Source: a virus
Lineage: Duplodnaviria; Caudoviricetes
Strand: one strand, 5' to 3'
DNA length: 59,931 nt
IMG/VR virus record: IMGVR_UViG_3300042294_003065
Coordinates: 1 to 59,931 of that record
Below, in pieces: positions 17,487 through 27,100 of this stretch. Each line of letters starts with the position of its first letter. The first letter of the stretch is position 1. The translations under genes and the position numbers were made by a program. The notes under the pieces were generated by a model that had not been told where the DNA came from, did no database searches, and saw nothing but the letters and a program-made list of their open reading frames with translations.

Positions 17487-18944
17487 TCAGTATCCTCCTA
17501 CGAGTGAAATGAGTTTCCAAGCTCCCGCGATGTGCTTGAACTTGAGAATATAAACCTTGTTCGCAAGAATGTTCTTGGGCCACGTCAGCAGCGAATCAGA
17601 GGGGATGCCAACGGTATTAGGCGTGCCAGCCAACCCATAAAAGTCTCGGTTGGACGCCTGCCCGGTCAGCCACAACTCCAACTCATCCCCTGCCGCGCCG
17701 TTGGCAATAGGGCAGGCCGTGACCGTAAATGCAGGCATGGTCGCGGACTGCCTTGGCCCGTTGTTAAAATTAACGCCTGCCGCGGCTCCTAGTGTGCCGT
17801 GTGCATAAAGGGCTCCGGTCAGCGCGACGGTGCCGGTGGCGTTGGGTAGCGTGATGGTCTTGTTGCTGCCGCTGGCGCTGCCTTGCAGGGTTGTTCGCGT
17901 GCCAGTGACGCCCAGCCCGATGCTGCCGGTGCCTCGGGTGTCGATGCTGCCGCCGCCGTTGCTGGTGGTTATACTGCCGCCTGCAACCCCGCCGCCCGCG
18001 CTGGTATTGATTGATCCGCCGCTTGCGGTTCCGGAGCCGTTCATTGTCAGGCTGCCGCCTGATCCAGACGTGCCCGGTGATGAGGCAATGTTTCCGCCTG
18101 AGCCGAGAACGCCGTCCGGCGTTGATAGATTGATGCTTCCGCCACCCCCTGAGCCAATGCCCGTGGTGGTTACGATGTTGCCTCCTATGGCCATCGCCCC
18201 CGTTCCAGTGATCGCAACACCATTGATGGTCGTCGCCGTGGCTGCGCCGATGTTGCCGTTGAAGGTGACAATACCCCCCGAGGCGTTGGGGGTGTTGCCC
18301 AGCGCCGAGATAACTCCCGCGTCGGTCGCGGTTGATTTGATGACGGTCGTGCCGTTGCCCAGAATGATCGCGTCTGCGGTAAGGGTGCCGGAGTTCGTCA
18401 CCGTCCCCGCCGCCGCCGCGATGGCCGCGAGGTCGTAGGTGCCAGCGCCGAAGAGCGTGATGGTGTCGTTGACCGTGAGGGTCTTGCCGGATGCGATGGA
18501 CCAGCTTCCGCTCGCGCCGGTCGGGGCCGCTCCGGAGATAAGGTAGCTCTCGGCGATCTGAAGAGTCAGGGCCGGGAGGGTCTCGATGCCGTTGGCCGAA
18601 TCTCTGACTTCAAACGCAAAGAGGTTGCCGTAATTTAGTGCGGTGCGCAGCTCCTCGGAGTCGATTGTGATGGTGAACGTATAGACCCCGGCGCTGCCCG
18701 TGGGGGTCGTGGTTTGCACCAGAAAGTCCGCGTCGTGGTCGTTGAGAACCTTGATTCCCCCGGTCCACGATGGCGTGTTGGCCGGGGCGTGGGTCGCGCC
18801 GTCGCGCAGCAGCGTAAGAACGAAATCGACAGTGGTGTTGTGGCCAATCGTCAGCGGAGCATTGGCCCCCTGCTTACCGGGCCCAACCACCCAGCCCGGC
18901 TTGCTGAGGTTGAAGAAGATGGGGATGGAGATGGATGAGGGCAT
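17487..18944 (-). CDS. Tail fibre / receptor-binding protein
   Basis: Gly/Thr/Ser-rich GGSI repeats, TITLPNATGTVAL motif; N-terminal baseplate-attachment-like domain. Confidence 0.75.
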   Translation of the reverse strand: MPSSISIPIFFNLSKPGWVVGPGKQGANAPLTIGHNTTVDFVLTLLRDGATHAPANTPSWTGGIKVLNDHDADFLVQTTTPTGSAGVYTFTITIDSEELRTALNYGNLFAFEVRDSANGIETLPALTLQIAESYLISGAAPTGASGSWSIASGKTLTVNDTITLFGAGTYDLAAIAAAAGTVTNSGTLTADAIILGNGTTVIKSTATDAGVISALGNTPNASGGIVTFNGNIGAATATTINGVAITGTGAMAIGGNIVTTTGIGSGGGGSINLSTPDGVLGSGGNIASSPGTSGSGGSLTMNGSGTASGGSINTSAGGGVAGGSITTSNGGGSIDTRGTGSIGLGVTGTRTTLQGSASGSNKTITLPNATGTVALTGALYAHGTLGAAAGVNFNNGPRQSATMPAFTVTACPIANGAAGDELELWLTGQASNRDFYGLAGTPNTVGIPSDSLLTWPKNILANKVYILKFKHIAGAWKLISLVGGY

Positions 18945-18965
18945 GGCCTTTATCAGGAGCCGGTG

Positions 18966-19763
18966 TCAATGGCCGGCAAAATACTCGTCCCAGCGATCCA
19001 GCACGGCCTCAAACTCCTCCGGGAAGTCGTGGCGGAAAAACTCCAGCATCTCCATGCGAGATCCGGCGTTCTTCTTCAGTCCGCAGGCGTGCATGTATCC
19101 AGAGCGGTAGTAGCCGAGCTGGTCGTTTGGGCCTCCAGGAATGAGCATCTCGCCGTCCGGGAACGCCTCCCCGAAGCTCAGCTCGCCGAGGATCGTGGAG
19201 GCGAGGTATCCGTCCGCCTTGGACAAGATCTCTCGATTCTGAGGGTGCAGCGCCACGGCCAAAGAGTCGCGGCAGGTCTTGGTTATTCGCTCGCAGTCGC
19301 TTCCTCCCATGACGCCGCTCGCAATCCCCCGTGGCAACTCTCCAATAAAGCGCGGAACCGGCAGTTTGGCGTGCATCCCTTTGATGGGCTCGCTTGGGTC
19401 GTAGAAGAACTCGCCCATGTATGGAGCCAGCCGAACGCGATCCGGAATGGGCCTGCGCAAGAAGGCGTCGTGATCCACCATGATGGCTGGCCTGCCCTGC
19501 TCCGCGAGCATGAGAAGCGCGGTGATCTTGGCAATGTCATAGACATGCGCCAGCTCGTCGGGGATTGGCGGCATGTGGAGAATCTCGTCGTATGGCAGCT
19601 TCAGTCCCTCCACAAGAACGTCGATGCCAAGCCTGTCGGCTATCAGCACGGTCCTCATCTCGGATCTCTTGGCGTAGAGCATCGAGGCGGCCCACATCCG
19701 GCAGTAGCTCGGTGAGAGCGGCGGGGATTTGTAGTTCCAGCAGAAGAGGGCTACGGGGCTCAA
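18966..19763 (-). CDS. Glycosyltransferase-like protein (GT-A type DxD motif, DUF6734-like)
   Basis: TTG start overlaps the upstream stop; IAD..G...L.LPYDE, YDIAKI, IMVDHDAFL, SGVMGG, YMH.CG..K. Confidence 0.6.
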   Translation of the reverse strand: MSPVALFCWNYKSPPLSPSYCRMWAASMLYAKRSEMRTVLIADRLGIDVLVEGLKLPYDEILHMPPIPDELAHVYDIAKITALLMLAEQGRPAIMVDHDAFLRRPIPDRVRLAPYMGEFFYDPSEPIKGMHAKLPVPRFIGELPRGIASGVMGGSDCERITKTCRDSLAVALHPQNREILSKADGYLASTILGELSFGEAFPDGEMLIPGGPNDQLGYYRSGYMHACGLKKNAGSRMEMLEFFRHDFPEEFEAVLDRWDEYFAGH

Positions 19764-20575
19764 AATCCACCTCCAGAGCTTCCTGATCCGGTAATGATTC
19801 CGGATTCCACAATGGCCTCGACCCCGATGTAGTAAAGTTCGCCGCAGGAGTCGAACTTCTTCTCCCGCGTGAACATCCTCTGGGTAAATGTTCCATCTCC
19901 GTTGTCCTGAACCCAGACGCGCACTTCTGATGGGATGATTACCCCATCGGTGCCCACTGGAGGAGACGACCTGCTCCATGTTTGAGTGCTGGCGGTTCCT
20001 GTGGTGAGAACCTCCATGGTGTGCGGAGTGACATGGGTGCATGCCTCCGGCACCTCATTAGCGAAGAGCACCTCCGCGCCAACCGAAACAAGCTCACCCA
20101 GCGTGTCGAATACTGGCTTCCGGATGAAGGTCTTTTTCCCGTATGTGTCCGAGTATTCACGGATCAGCACAAGTGAAACCCCGAAGGATCGGCGGTCTGT
20201 GGCGGCGCTGGTGCTACCGGGGATCAGGGGCGGGCGGTCCCGGTGCCATGTGTCCGTGGCTGCTGTGCCGCCCCAGACGGCTTCGCTTCCGGTCCATCCG
20301 GGTCCCTTGTTGTCCCAGCCACCGTATTTCACCGGGTTCGATGAGTAGCCGGTGCTGCCCTGGAGGGTGCTGCCGAGGATGTAAGGATCGTCCCCGTTGC
20401 CCGTGGCCAGGGAGCCATCGGCGCTGAACCGATGCTCGGTGATGCTGAGTCGCACCAACTGATGGAGGATCTCCTGAATGGCGTTGATCCGGCCGGCGGT
20501 GAGGACCGTCTTGGGGTCCTGGCCGGCCGTGACGGTCGTGAGCTTGGGCAGCAGTTGGGCGACGGAGGGGAGCAT
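19760..20575 (-). CDS. Tail tip protein
   Basis: Position after the TMP; LTAGRINAI motif; internal duplicated DTW.R..PP...FD..GEL..VG.E unit. Confidence 0.6.
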   Translation of the reverse strand: MLPSVAQLLPKLTTVTAGQDPKTVLTAGRINAIQEILHQLVRLSITEHRFSADGSLATGNGDDPYILGSTLQGSTGYSSNPVKYGGWDNKGPGWTGSEAVWGGTAATDTWHRDRPPLIPGSTSAATDRRSFGVSLVLIREYSDTYGKKTFIRKPVFDTLGELVSVGAEVLFANEVPEACTHVTPHTMEVLTTGTASTQTWSRSSPPVGTDGVIIPSEVRVWVQDNGDGTFTQRMFTREKKFDSCGELYYIGVEAIVESGIITGSGSSGGGF

Positions 20576-21435
20576 CAGCTTGAGAACTGCCTATAGACAT
20601 CCGTGTTCCAGCCGCGCCGGCCGGACAGCTCCCACTCCAGGGTGTTGGCATAGATCTTCCCGCGCTGGGTGGAGTTCACCCCGCGGTTGAACCAGTTGCG
20701 GTTCTCGTCGAAGAAGGCCGAGTAGGGATTGCCCTCATCCGGAACGCTGATGTTGGCCACGTCCCTGATCTGGTTCTCCGGCACCGAATCGAATGTGAAC
20801 CACGTCTTGCGCAGCGTGACACAGACATCGTAGTAGCTCTCCATGCCGGCGAATGGGTTCAGCACCCACTGCTCGGGACCAAAGTTCACTGTGTCTTGCA
20901 CGAGGGTCTGGAACCTGCGGAAGGTGTGCCCTGCGTTGGTGGTTGGCCTGGTCGGGGCGTCCGGCGTGACCTCTCTCTGGCTCTTGTGATCGAACCAGAT
21001 GGCCCCGTTTTTAACGTCGGCCGCGGCATCCATGGGATAGCCGGCGAACGCACGGAAGTTTGGATGAGTGGCGATCGGCTCCTCCCGCGTGCCGCAGACC
21101 AGCTCCCAGACCGGCGTGGTGCCGTCCGGATACAGCTCCGGGTCCAGTCCGATGAAGTTGGCCGAGCAGTAGGCGTATGGACCCTTCAGCGACACCTTCT
21201 TTGTCTCGATGAAGAGGTGCTGGAAGATGGGGTGGAAGTCTCCGATCTTCGGGAGGTTCTGGTAGTTGGAGGCGTAGGTGCGAAAGAGGGCGGTGCAGGT
21301 GTCCAGCGCGAAGCGGTCGGTAACGATCTCACCGGGGTCCTCCAGACCGATCTCCACTCCGGGTCCGTGGTAGTCCAGTTGAGATGAGGGGCCGCCTCCG
21401 AGAACAACTTTGCTTTGAGGAATGGCGATGGGCAT
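20575..21435 (-). CDS. Distal tail / baseplate hub-like protein
   Basis: Immediately downstream of the TMP; LPKIGDFHP, EEPIATHPNF, GWNTDVY. Confidence 0.65.
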   Translation of the reverse strand: MPIAIPQSKVVLGGGPSSQLDYHGPGVEIGLEDPGEIVTDRFALDTCTALFRTYASNYQNLPKIGDFHPIFQHLFIETKKVSLKGPYAYCSANFIGLDPELYPDGTTPVWELVCGTREEPIATHPNFRAFAGYPMDAAADVKNGAIWFDHKSQREVTPDAPTRPTTNAGHTFRRFQTLVQDTVNFGPEQWVLNPFAGMESYYDVCVTLRKTWFTFDSVPENQIRDVANISVPDEGNPYSAFFDENRNWFNRGVNSTQRGKIYANTLEWELSGRRGWNTDVYRQFSS

Positions 21436-21439
21436 GGCG

Positions 21440-23671
21440 TTATTCGGGTATTCCGGCTTTGATGTTCTTGATCTCGGTGAGAATCTGCTCCATGCGCGTC
21501 GAGACCTCAAGGTGTCTCTGTGCCACGCTGAGTAGGTCGTTCTGCACCTCCTCCACCCCTCCGCCTCCTCCGACCCTGGCCATGCTGCTCACTGCGGCTG
21601 CGGCGTCCGCGGCCATGTTGCCCTGGCGCTGTTGCAGGGAGATGGAGTTGTGAAGCTCGGCTCCGGCCAGGGTCTTGGCCTCGGCTGCCCCGAGGCCCCC
21701 GGCCTCCAGTTCGAGCGCCCTTTTGGCGGAGGCGGCGGCAAGCCTGATGGTGTCTGCCTCATCGAAGTTACCCTGCACCTCGGCGGTCTGTCCTTGCAGG
21801 CCCGTGCGGGCGTCCTGTCTGGTGAGCCCGGCGTTGATCTCGCTGATCCGGCGCTCCTCTTCCCTCTGCTTATTCGCCTGCTTGTTGGCGAGGATCTCCT
21901 CCGGGGTCGCGTTCTTTTGGGCCAGCTCCAGCCGGGTTCTGGCTGCGGCCTGCATTTCCATGAGTTTCCCGCCGTCCATCCCGATATAGCCACCGCCCAC
22001 GGCCTCGCCGAGCTTCATATCGAGTTTTTGCTTTCTAAGGGCCTCGCCTCTGCCAGCGTCATTGGGAATGCCTCTCCCTTTGGCCTCTTGGTAGTTTCTG
22101 GCGGCTGTGATCGCGTCCAACTCGGCCTGCGCCGCCATGGTCTCGGACCCGCTTCCGCTCATTATCCTCTGCCGCTCCTTGGCCCTGTTTGCCATGGCGT
22201 CCCTTGTGATTTTGATGCCCTGTTTTAGCTCCTTCCTTTCCCTGACTGTCTCCATGTTCTTTTCCAGCCGATCCATGTAGCCGCCATCCATTGCAGTGTC
22301 TGCCGTTCCCTTGGCGTAGGATGCAGCAAGGCGAGCCTCGGCCTCCTTGAGATAGTTGGCGGCCGCCTGATCTTCAACCCCCAATTTTCCGAGTGCCTCG
22401 CTGGTCCTGCTCTGGGCGTCCACGTCTGCCGCTCCCCTGCTCGCTAGCGCTCCGGTCCTTGCTATCTCCTCGGCCAACATGACGCGCTGCTGCTCGGGCG
22501 TGGCCCGGCTCAGCCTGTTCTCGAAGTCCTGCCTCCTGCTCTGCTCAGTCAGATCCCGTTGCAGGGTGTCTGATCGCCTGTCCTTTTCCACTGGAGCGCG
22601 CTTGGTGCGCTCCACAGCGGCCTGCGCTGTGGCGGCCTGCGCCTTGGCTTGATTGGACTTTTTCTCATCGGTCCCAGTCATCCACCCGATGAGCGACCTC
22701 TCTTCCTGAACCTCTCTGTATTTCCTTCTCGCCTCAGCGGCGGCGTCTATCGCCGTAGCGAGGACGTTGTATTTGTCCGCCAGAGTATTGATCGCGCTGA
22801 TCTGCGCGTTCATGGCGTTGTTGGCCCTGGTGTTCTCCGCGGCAAATCTGGCCAGCTCTTTGTTCGCCTCCTTGACCGAGTTGTAGAGCCCGACAAGACC
22901 AATGATGACAGCTCCGATGACGGCCGCCCCGGCCAGAACACCGCTCCAGCTCAAGCCTGTTTTCAAAGCGTTGATTCCACCCAGAGCCACTCGCGCGGAC
23001 TTGTTGGCTCCAAGAAGCCCGAAGCTCATGGCTTCCACCCCCTTGCCAAAGGTTAGCGCACTGCGATGCGAAAGCGCCATGCTGCCACCGAGGTTCTTGA
23101 ACCAGTTGCCGAGCTTGATCGCGGAGATGGCGCTGATGATCGGGATGACGACTGCGAGCGCTGTCCCAAAGCCCTCGATGGCGTCGCGGCCAATCTTGCT
23201 GGTGGCGACGGTCTGGACCATGCTCGCCTTGAAGGTGGACACCCCTCCGTAGATCGCATGGTAGGTCTTGGCCAGCCGGTTGACCACCGGGACCATGGCT
23301 TCCATGGCCTTGGTCATCTTCTTGGTGTTCTCGATCTCCGCCTGCTCGAAAGGCTTGGCCAGCCCCTTGGCCATCTTCTCCTGCACCCGAGCGTACTCCT
23401 CCTTCACCTTCTTCAGGGCGTTGGAGAACTGACCCAGCTCACCGACTAGGGATTTGACCATCTTGCTCATCCCGCCGAAGGCCGCGGTGCCCATGAGCAT
23501 GAGTCCCGGCTTCATCAGCACGATTTCTTTCAGGAGCTTCAGGACCGCTTTGAGGTGGCTCTCGCCCGATGCCAGGTCCGCTACGAATCCGGCCCCGAGA
23601 ATCCCCTTGCCGAGGGCACCCTTGGTGTTGTCCCCGGCCTGCTGTTTCATCCAGTCTGTGAAAGCGCTCAT
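21440..23671 (-). CDS. Tape measure protein
   Basis: Long Ala-rich helical protein with hydrophobic segments; C-terminal SSMARVGGGG...; canonical position. Confidence 0.85.
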   Translation of the reverse strand: MSAFTDWMKQQAGDNTKGALGKGILGAGFVADLASGESHLKAVLKLLKEIVLMKPGLMLMGTAAFGGMSKMVKSLVGELGQFSNALKKVKEEYARVQEKMAKGLAKPFEQAEIENTKKMTKAMEAMVPVVNRLAKTYHAIYGGVSTFKASMVQTVATSKIGRDAIEGFGTALAVVIPIISAISAIKLGNWFKNLGGSMALSHRSALTFGKGVEAMSFGLLGANKSARVALGGINALKTGLSWSGVLAGAAVIGAVIIGLVGLYNSVKEANKELARFAAENTRANNAMNAQISAINTLADKYNVLATAIDAAAEARRKYREVQEERSLIGWMTGTDEKKSNQAKAQAATAQAAVERTKRAPVEKDRRSDTLQRDLTEQSRRQDFENRLSRATPEQQRVMLAEEIARTGALASRGAADVDAQSRTSEALGKLGVEDQAAANYLKEAEARLAASYAKGTADTAMDGGYMDRLEKNMETVRERKELKQGIKITRDAMANRAKERQRIMSGSGSETMAAQAELDAITAARNYQEAKGRGIPNDAGRGEALRKQKLDMKLGEAVGGGYIGMDGGKLMEMQAAARTRLELAQKNATPEEILANKQANKQREEERRISEINAGLTRQDARTGLQGQTAEVQGNFDEADTIRLAAASAKRALELEAGGLGAAEAKTLAGAELHNSISLQQRQGNMAADAAAAVSSMARVGGGGGVEEVQNDLLSVAQRHLEVSTRMEQILTEIKNIKAGIPE

Positions 23672-24333
23672 CAGTTAAATTGGTACTCCTTCGGCAGTTG
23701 CTCGCGCCACGCTTTCTCGTCCGGGGTGGTGATGCTGATGTCGAGTCCTTTGTCCCGCAGCCACGCGATGTAGTAGTGGTTGGCCAGCCCGATGGGCATC
23801 TCCCATGCCCGGCGCTCCGGGATGCCCATGAGGATCAGTCCGGTGACTTTCTCGAACTCGTCGGTGAAAGTGCCTCTGGGGACTCGCGGCTGGCTCGGGG
23901 CGCTCCCGGTGTCCGGTTTGTGGACACAGTATTCCGGGTTCTGAAGGTAGTCGCCGCAGTGGATCATGAATTTCTCGATCTGGCCTTGCAGCATCCTCTG
24001 GAGCGCGTTGAGGTCGCCTTTGGCTGTCCTGCCCTTCCACGAGAATAAAAGACGCGCCACGGCCCAGCAGTGCAGCAGGAATGGCCGGATGGCGGGCTTG
24101 TTGGTCTTGCTGACGCCGAAGGGCAGCTCGCAGATGGCCACGGCCACCCGCAGATCCCGCATGGTGGCTTCCCCGGCCCTGATAAAGGGGCTGTCGATGG
24201 CCCGGAGCAGGAGGCGGTGCCAGAGCGAGAACTGGCGGAGGCGGCGTCCGAGTATCCGGGTTCCCGACCATCCCGGTGTGTCCGAGTTGTCGATCAACGC
24301 CGCACTGAGGTTGGTGTCGATCGTCATCAGCAT
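23671..24333 (-). CDS. Tail assembly chaperone
   Basis: Upstream of the TMP; LRQFSLWH..LL...DSPF, RAWEMPIG. Confidence 0.65.
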   Translation of the reverse strand: MLMTIDTNLSAALIDNSDTPGWSGTRILGRRLRQFSLWHRLLLRAIDSPFIRAGEATMRDLRVAVAICELPFGVSKTNKPAIRPFLLHCWAVARLLFSWKGRTAKGDLNALQRMLQGQIEKFMIHCGDYLQNPEYCVHKPDTGSAPSQPRVPRGTFTDEFEKVTGLILMGIPERRAWEMPIGLANHYYIAWLRDKGLDISITTPDEKAWREQLPKEYQFN

Positions 24334-24358
24334 GGAACGGCTCCCATGGCCGTTGAAG

Positions 24359-24799
24359 TTATGCCTTGGAGACCCCGGAAATCACAATCTGGAAGTTCAC
24401 AACCCCATCAGTGGCCGCTTTCACAATGCCAACAGAGGTCACGAAATCCACCGCTCCGCCAGCATCCAGATCGGTCCAGGCATCGACGAGTCCGCCTGCG
24501 GTTGCGTCGTCGATATACAACGTCTCGCCAGCGGCCAAAGCTGCGGTGGTTCCTAGCTTGAGCGCTGGATCAGAGGTGACATACCGCACAACCTGTCCGG
24601 GACCACCGCCATTGAGGGTCATGCCCACTGCCGCAGCCGCCAATGCGCTGGTGGCAATGCACTTGAGAAGGGTTCCGTCCGTGTGGAGATACACCATCAC
24701 TCCGGCTGTTACCGTGACTCCGACTCCGAGTGTTCCGGTGCGAATTGAGGCCCCTGTGCTTGGGAAGACCTCTGCTGGTGTGATGGATACGGCTGCCAT
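24359..24799 (-). CDS. Decoration/cement-like structural protein
   Basis: TAGVMVY...AVGMTLNGG.PGQ.V...AGETLYI resembles the capsid cement (DUF2190-like) fold. Confidence 0.6.
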   Translation of the reverse strand: MAAVSITPAEVFPSTGASIRTGTLGVGVTVTAGVMVYLHTDGTLLKCIATSALAAAAVGMTLNGGGPGQVVRYVTSDPALKLGTTAALAAGETLYIDDATAGGLVDAWTDLDAGGAVDFVTSVGIVKAATDGVVNFQIVISGVSKA

Positions 24800-24825
24800 A
24801 TTTTAGAAGGGTGACTTTGTTGAGG

Positions 24826-25194
24826 TTAAGATTCGATCAGGGGGTAGCTGGACGCGGAGATTGAAACTTCCACGAAATTGCCCTTGGGGCGCGGATCGCT
24901 GATCTTCGTGATGAAGAAGAAGCGACCCAGGAAGCTGAAGGTGTTGTCGATCGTGAGAGGGTTGAAGGCGTCTGCGATGTAGCCGACAAACTCGCACGCC
25001 ATCATCTTGTTGGCTTTCTTGCTGATGGCCACAGCCTCCACATGGCCCTCACCGTTGGTGGCGGTGACGAAAATTTCCGGGGTGCGGTCCATGCTCGCCA
25101 CGCTGCGCGCGGTGAAGTTGGCGATGCTGGGAGCGTCGGCGGCGGCGAACCCAAAGACGTATTGTGCTCCTTGGATGTCTGTATTGATGGGCAT
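24826..25194 (-). CDS. Major tail tube protein (putative)
   Basis: Position after the tail terminator; beta-rich composition. Confidence 0.55.
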   Translation of the reverse strand: MPINTDIQGAQYVFGFAAADAPSIANFTARSVASMDRTPEIFVTATNGEGHVEAVAISKKANKMMACEFVGYIADAFNPLTIDNTFSFLGRFFFITKISDPRPKGNFVEVSISASSYPLIES

Positions 25195-25217
25195 AGAGGT
25201 TGTCTAAATTCAATCTG

Positions 25218-25634
25218 TCAACCGGACACCCCGACCGTGAAGTGGATCACGTCGGCGTGGGCGCTGTCCCCCTTGCCCTCGTAGTCCGAGTTCGAGAGGT
25301 TGGTGATGTCGATCCCATGGAAGATGAAGTCGGACTCCCGCGTGGAGGAAAGCGCTCCCAGCACCTTATACACATCCCTCACCATCTGGGCGTGGTCCTC
25401 GCTTTCGGTCTCGTCGATGTGGCTGATGATCTGCGCGGTTCCGGGGATCAGGAACGTGGATTCCTGCACGAGGGTCTTCTCGGCGGTCCCCATGAGGATC
25501 ACCACGTAGGGCGGCTCGATAGGCTCCTCGTTGAGCCCGAAGCCCGTGAAGGGCAGGAAGGTGATGTCCGGCAAGGCCAGCCGCATCCGGTCGCACAGGT
25601 GGACCTCGCAGGCCCGGTTGATGTCGGCTCCCAT
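25218..25634 (-). CDS. Tail terminator / completion protein
   Basis: PPYVVI motif, acidic, canonical position. Confidence 0.6.
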   Translation of the reverse strand: MGADINRACEVHLCDRMRLALPDITFLPFTGFGLNEEPIEPPYVVILMGTAEKTLVQESTFLIPGTAQIISHIDETESEDHAQMVRDVYKVLGALSSTRESDFIFHGIDITNLSNSDYEGKGDSAHADVIHFTVGVSG

Positions 25635-25635
25635 A

Positions 25636-25980
25636 TCAGATGATCGGACCTGTCTTCAGGATCTTGGTGTCGTCACCCTCGTCCACGATGGCGATGACCC
25701 GCATCCGCTTGCCGCGCACCACCAGCTTGGTGCCCTCGACGATGCCGGCGGTGGCGATGACGGTGGTTTTCACATAGATGTCCACGGTGACATCGGCTGC
25801 CGTGCCGCCCGGCGTGGCGCGCTGGGAATACTCCACGTCGTCGATGTTGATCGCGCTGTAGGTCCCCGGATTGCCCAGGGCGGCTGCATTGCCCTTGGGG
25901 AGGGCTACCTCGAAGGTCTCGCCCGCTATGACCCCGAAGGCGGTGTTGGCGAGGTTGAGGGCTGTGGTGAACGTGGACAC
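25636..25980 (-). CDS. Head-tail joining (head closure) protein
   Basis: GTKLVVRGKRMRVIAI beta-barrel pattern; directly after the MCP. Confidence 0.65.
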   Translation of the reverse strand: MSTFTTALNLANTAFGVIAGETFEVALPKGNAAALGNPGTYSAINIDDVEYSQRATPGGTAADVTVDIYVKTTVIATAGIVEGTKLVVRGKRMRVIAIVDEGDDTKILKTGPII

Positions 25981-26003
25981 GTCTCAGGGATAGGTGTCAA
26001 TGC

Positions 26004-26033
26004 AAAAGGCCCGAACCATTGCTGGTCCGGGCC
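26004..26033 (-). terminator. Rho-independent terminator after the major capsid gene
   Basis: Minus strand GGCCCGGACCA-GCAA-TGGTTCGGGCC followed by TTTT. Confidence 0.75.
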
Positions 26034-26055
26034 ATTTGTTAATTTCAGTCAGCTC

Positions 26056-27066
26056 TTAGCTGACGTTCTTGAGAAGTTGGCAGGCGTCGGTCAAGAGGAT
26101 CTTGTTGGTGCGGTTGCTGCGGACGCGGAGCTTGCTGCCGCGGCGAGCTTCGTCGCGGTACGACTCCGATGTGAAGAGGCCGCCGGGGCTGTCGGCGCTC
26201 CAAACGATCGTGCGACCCAGGCCGCCGTTCATGAAGTCGCCAGCGCCGGTCTTGACGAGCGCGGCGTAGGTGTTTCCCCAAACCGAGGCCAGGGACACAT
26301 CCTTGCCCTTCAGAGCGACGTTCACGCTCTTCTCGGCCACCAGCACCCGCTTGAGGCGGAAGGCGGCGGCGACGTTGCTCTCGACGATTGCCGATCCGCC
26401 GGCATTGGTGTTGAGCGTGCCATAGATGTAGGTCGAGAGGTAGGTGTTGCGCCTCCAGAGATTCCAGTTGGTCAGCGAAAGAACAAGGGTGTCCGGTCGT
26501 TCGCCGCGCAGTGTCATCGCCTCGATGGCCGTGTTGACCTGCGCCGGGATGTTTGAGGCGGTGGCTGCTGTCTCGGGAGTGGTGGACCAACCGGTGGCGG
26601 TGGCCGCGGTGATGTTGCCGCTGAACGTCGTTGCGTTCATCAGGGCTGCCGCGCACTCCATCTCGTAGTCGAGCATGAGGGCGTTGGCGAGCAGCTTGCC
26701 TGTCACCATCTCCGCATCGAAGAAGTTCGCCATGCGAGTGGCAACCACATCGTCCACGCGCTCTTCGAGGCCGTATTCCTCGGTGAAGTACGAGCCCCAG
26801 GTGAACTTGCGGTCGAGTTCGTTGTAGGTGCCGGTTTCGTTGCGCTTGGTGACGCTGTTGAACACCGTGCTGCTGGTAGGGGATCGCCCGGCGTTGAGCA
26901 GCTCCGCTTCCTTCTTCGGGAAGATCGGGTAGCGGCCCGTCTCGGTGTCGGACGGATAGATCGGGAAGATCTCCTGCCCGATGTAACCGGCCTCCTGGCC
27001 AACCGCTTCCATGAGGAGCGTGCTGATCTCGGGCCGGGGCGTTGAGTCTGCTGTATTGTAGGGCAT
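26056..27066 (-). CDS. Major capsid protein (HK97 fold, lambda gpE-like)
   Basis: YIGQEIFPIYP, EEYGLEERVD, RPDTLVLS, SVWGN, ESYRDEARRG; follows protease and decoration genes. Confidence 0.88.
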   Translation of the reverse strand: MPYNTADSTPRPEISTLLMEAVGQEAGYIGQEIFPIYPSDTETGRYPIFPKKEAELLNAGRSPTSSTVFNSVTKRNETGTYNELDRKFTWGSYFTEEYGLEERVDDVVATRMANFFDAEMVTGKLLANALMLDYEMECAAALMNATTFSGNITAATATGWSTTPETAATASNIPAQVNTAIEAMTLRGERPDTLVLSLTNWNLWRRNTYLSTYIYGTLNTNAGGSAIVESNVAAAFRLKRVLVAEKSVNVALKGKDVSLASVWGNTYAALVKTGAGDFMNGGLGRTIVWSADSPGGLFTSESYRDEARRGSKLRVRSNRTNKILLTDACQLLKNVS

Positions 27067-27100
27067 GGCTTTTTAGTGGGTGAGTGGTGTCCTGTTGTGG

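Noticed and set aside
23671-24333. Programmed frameshift in the tail assembly chaperone
   Set aside because: A single ORF abuts the TMP and I saw no convincing slippery site or second frame.
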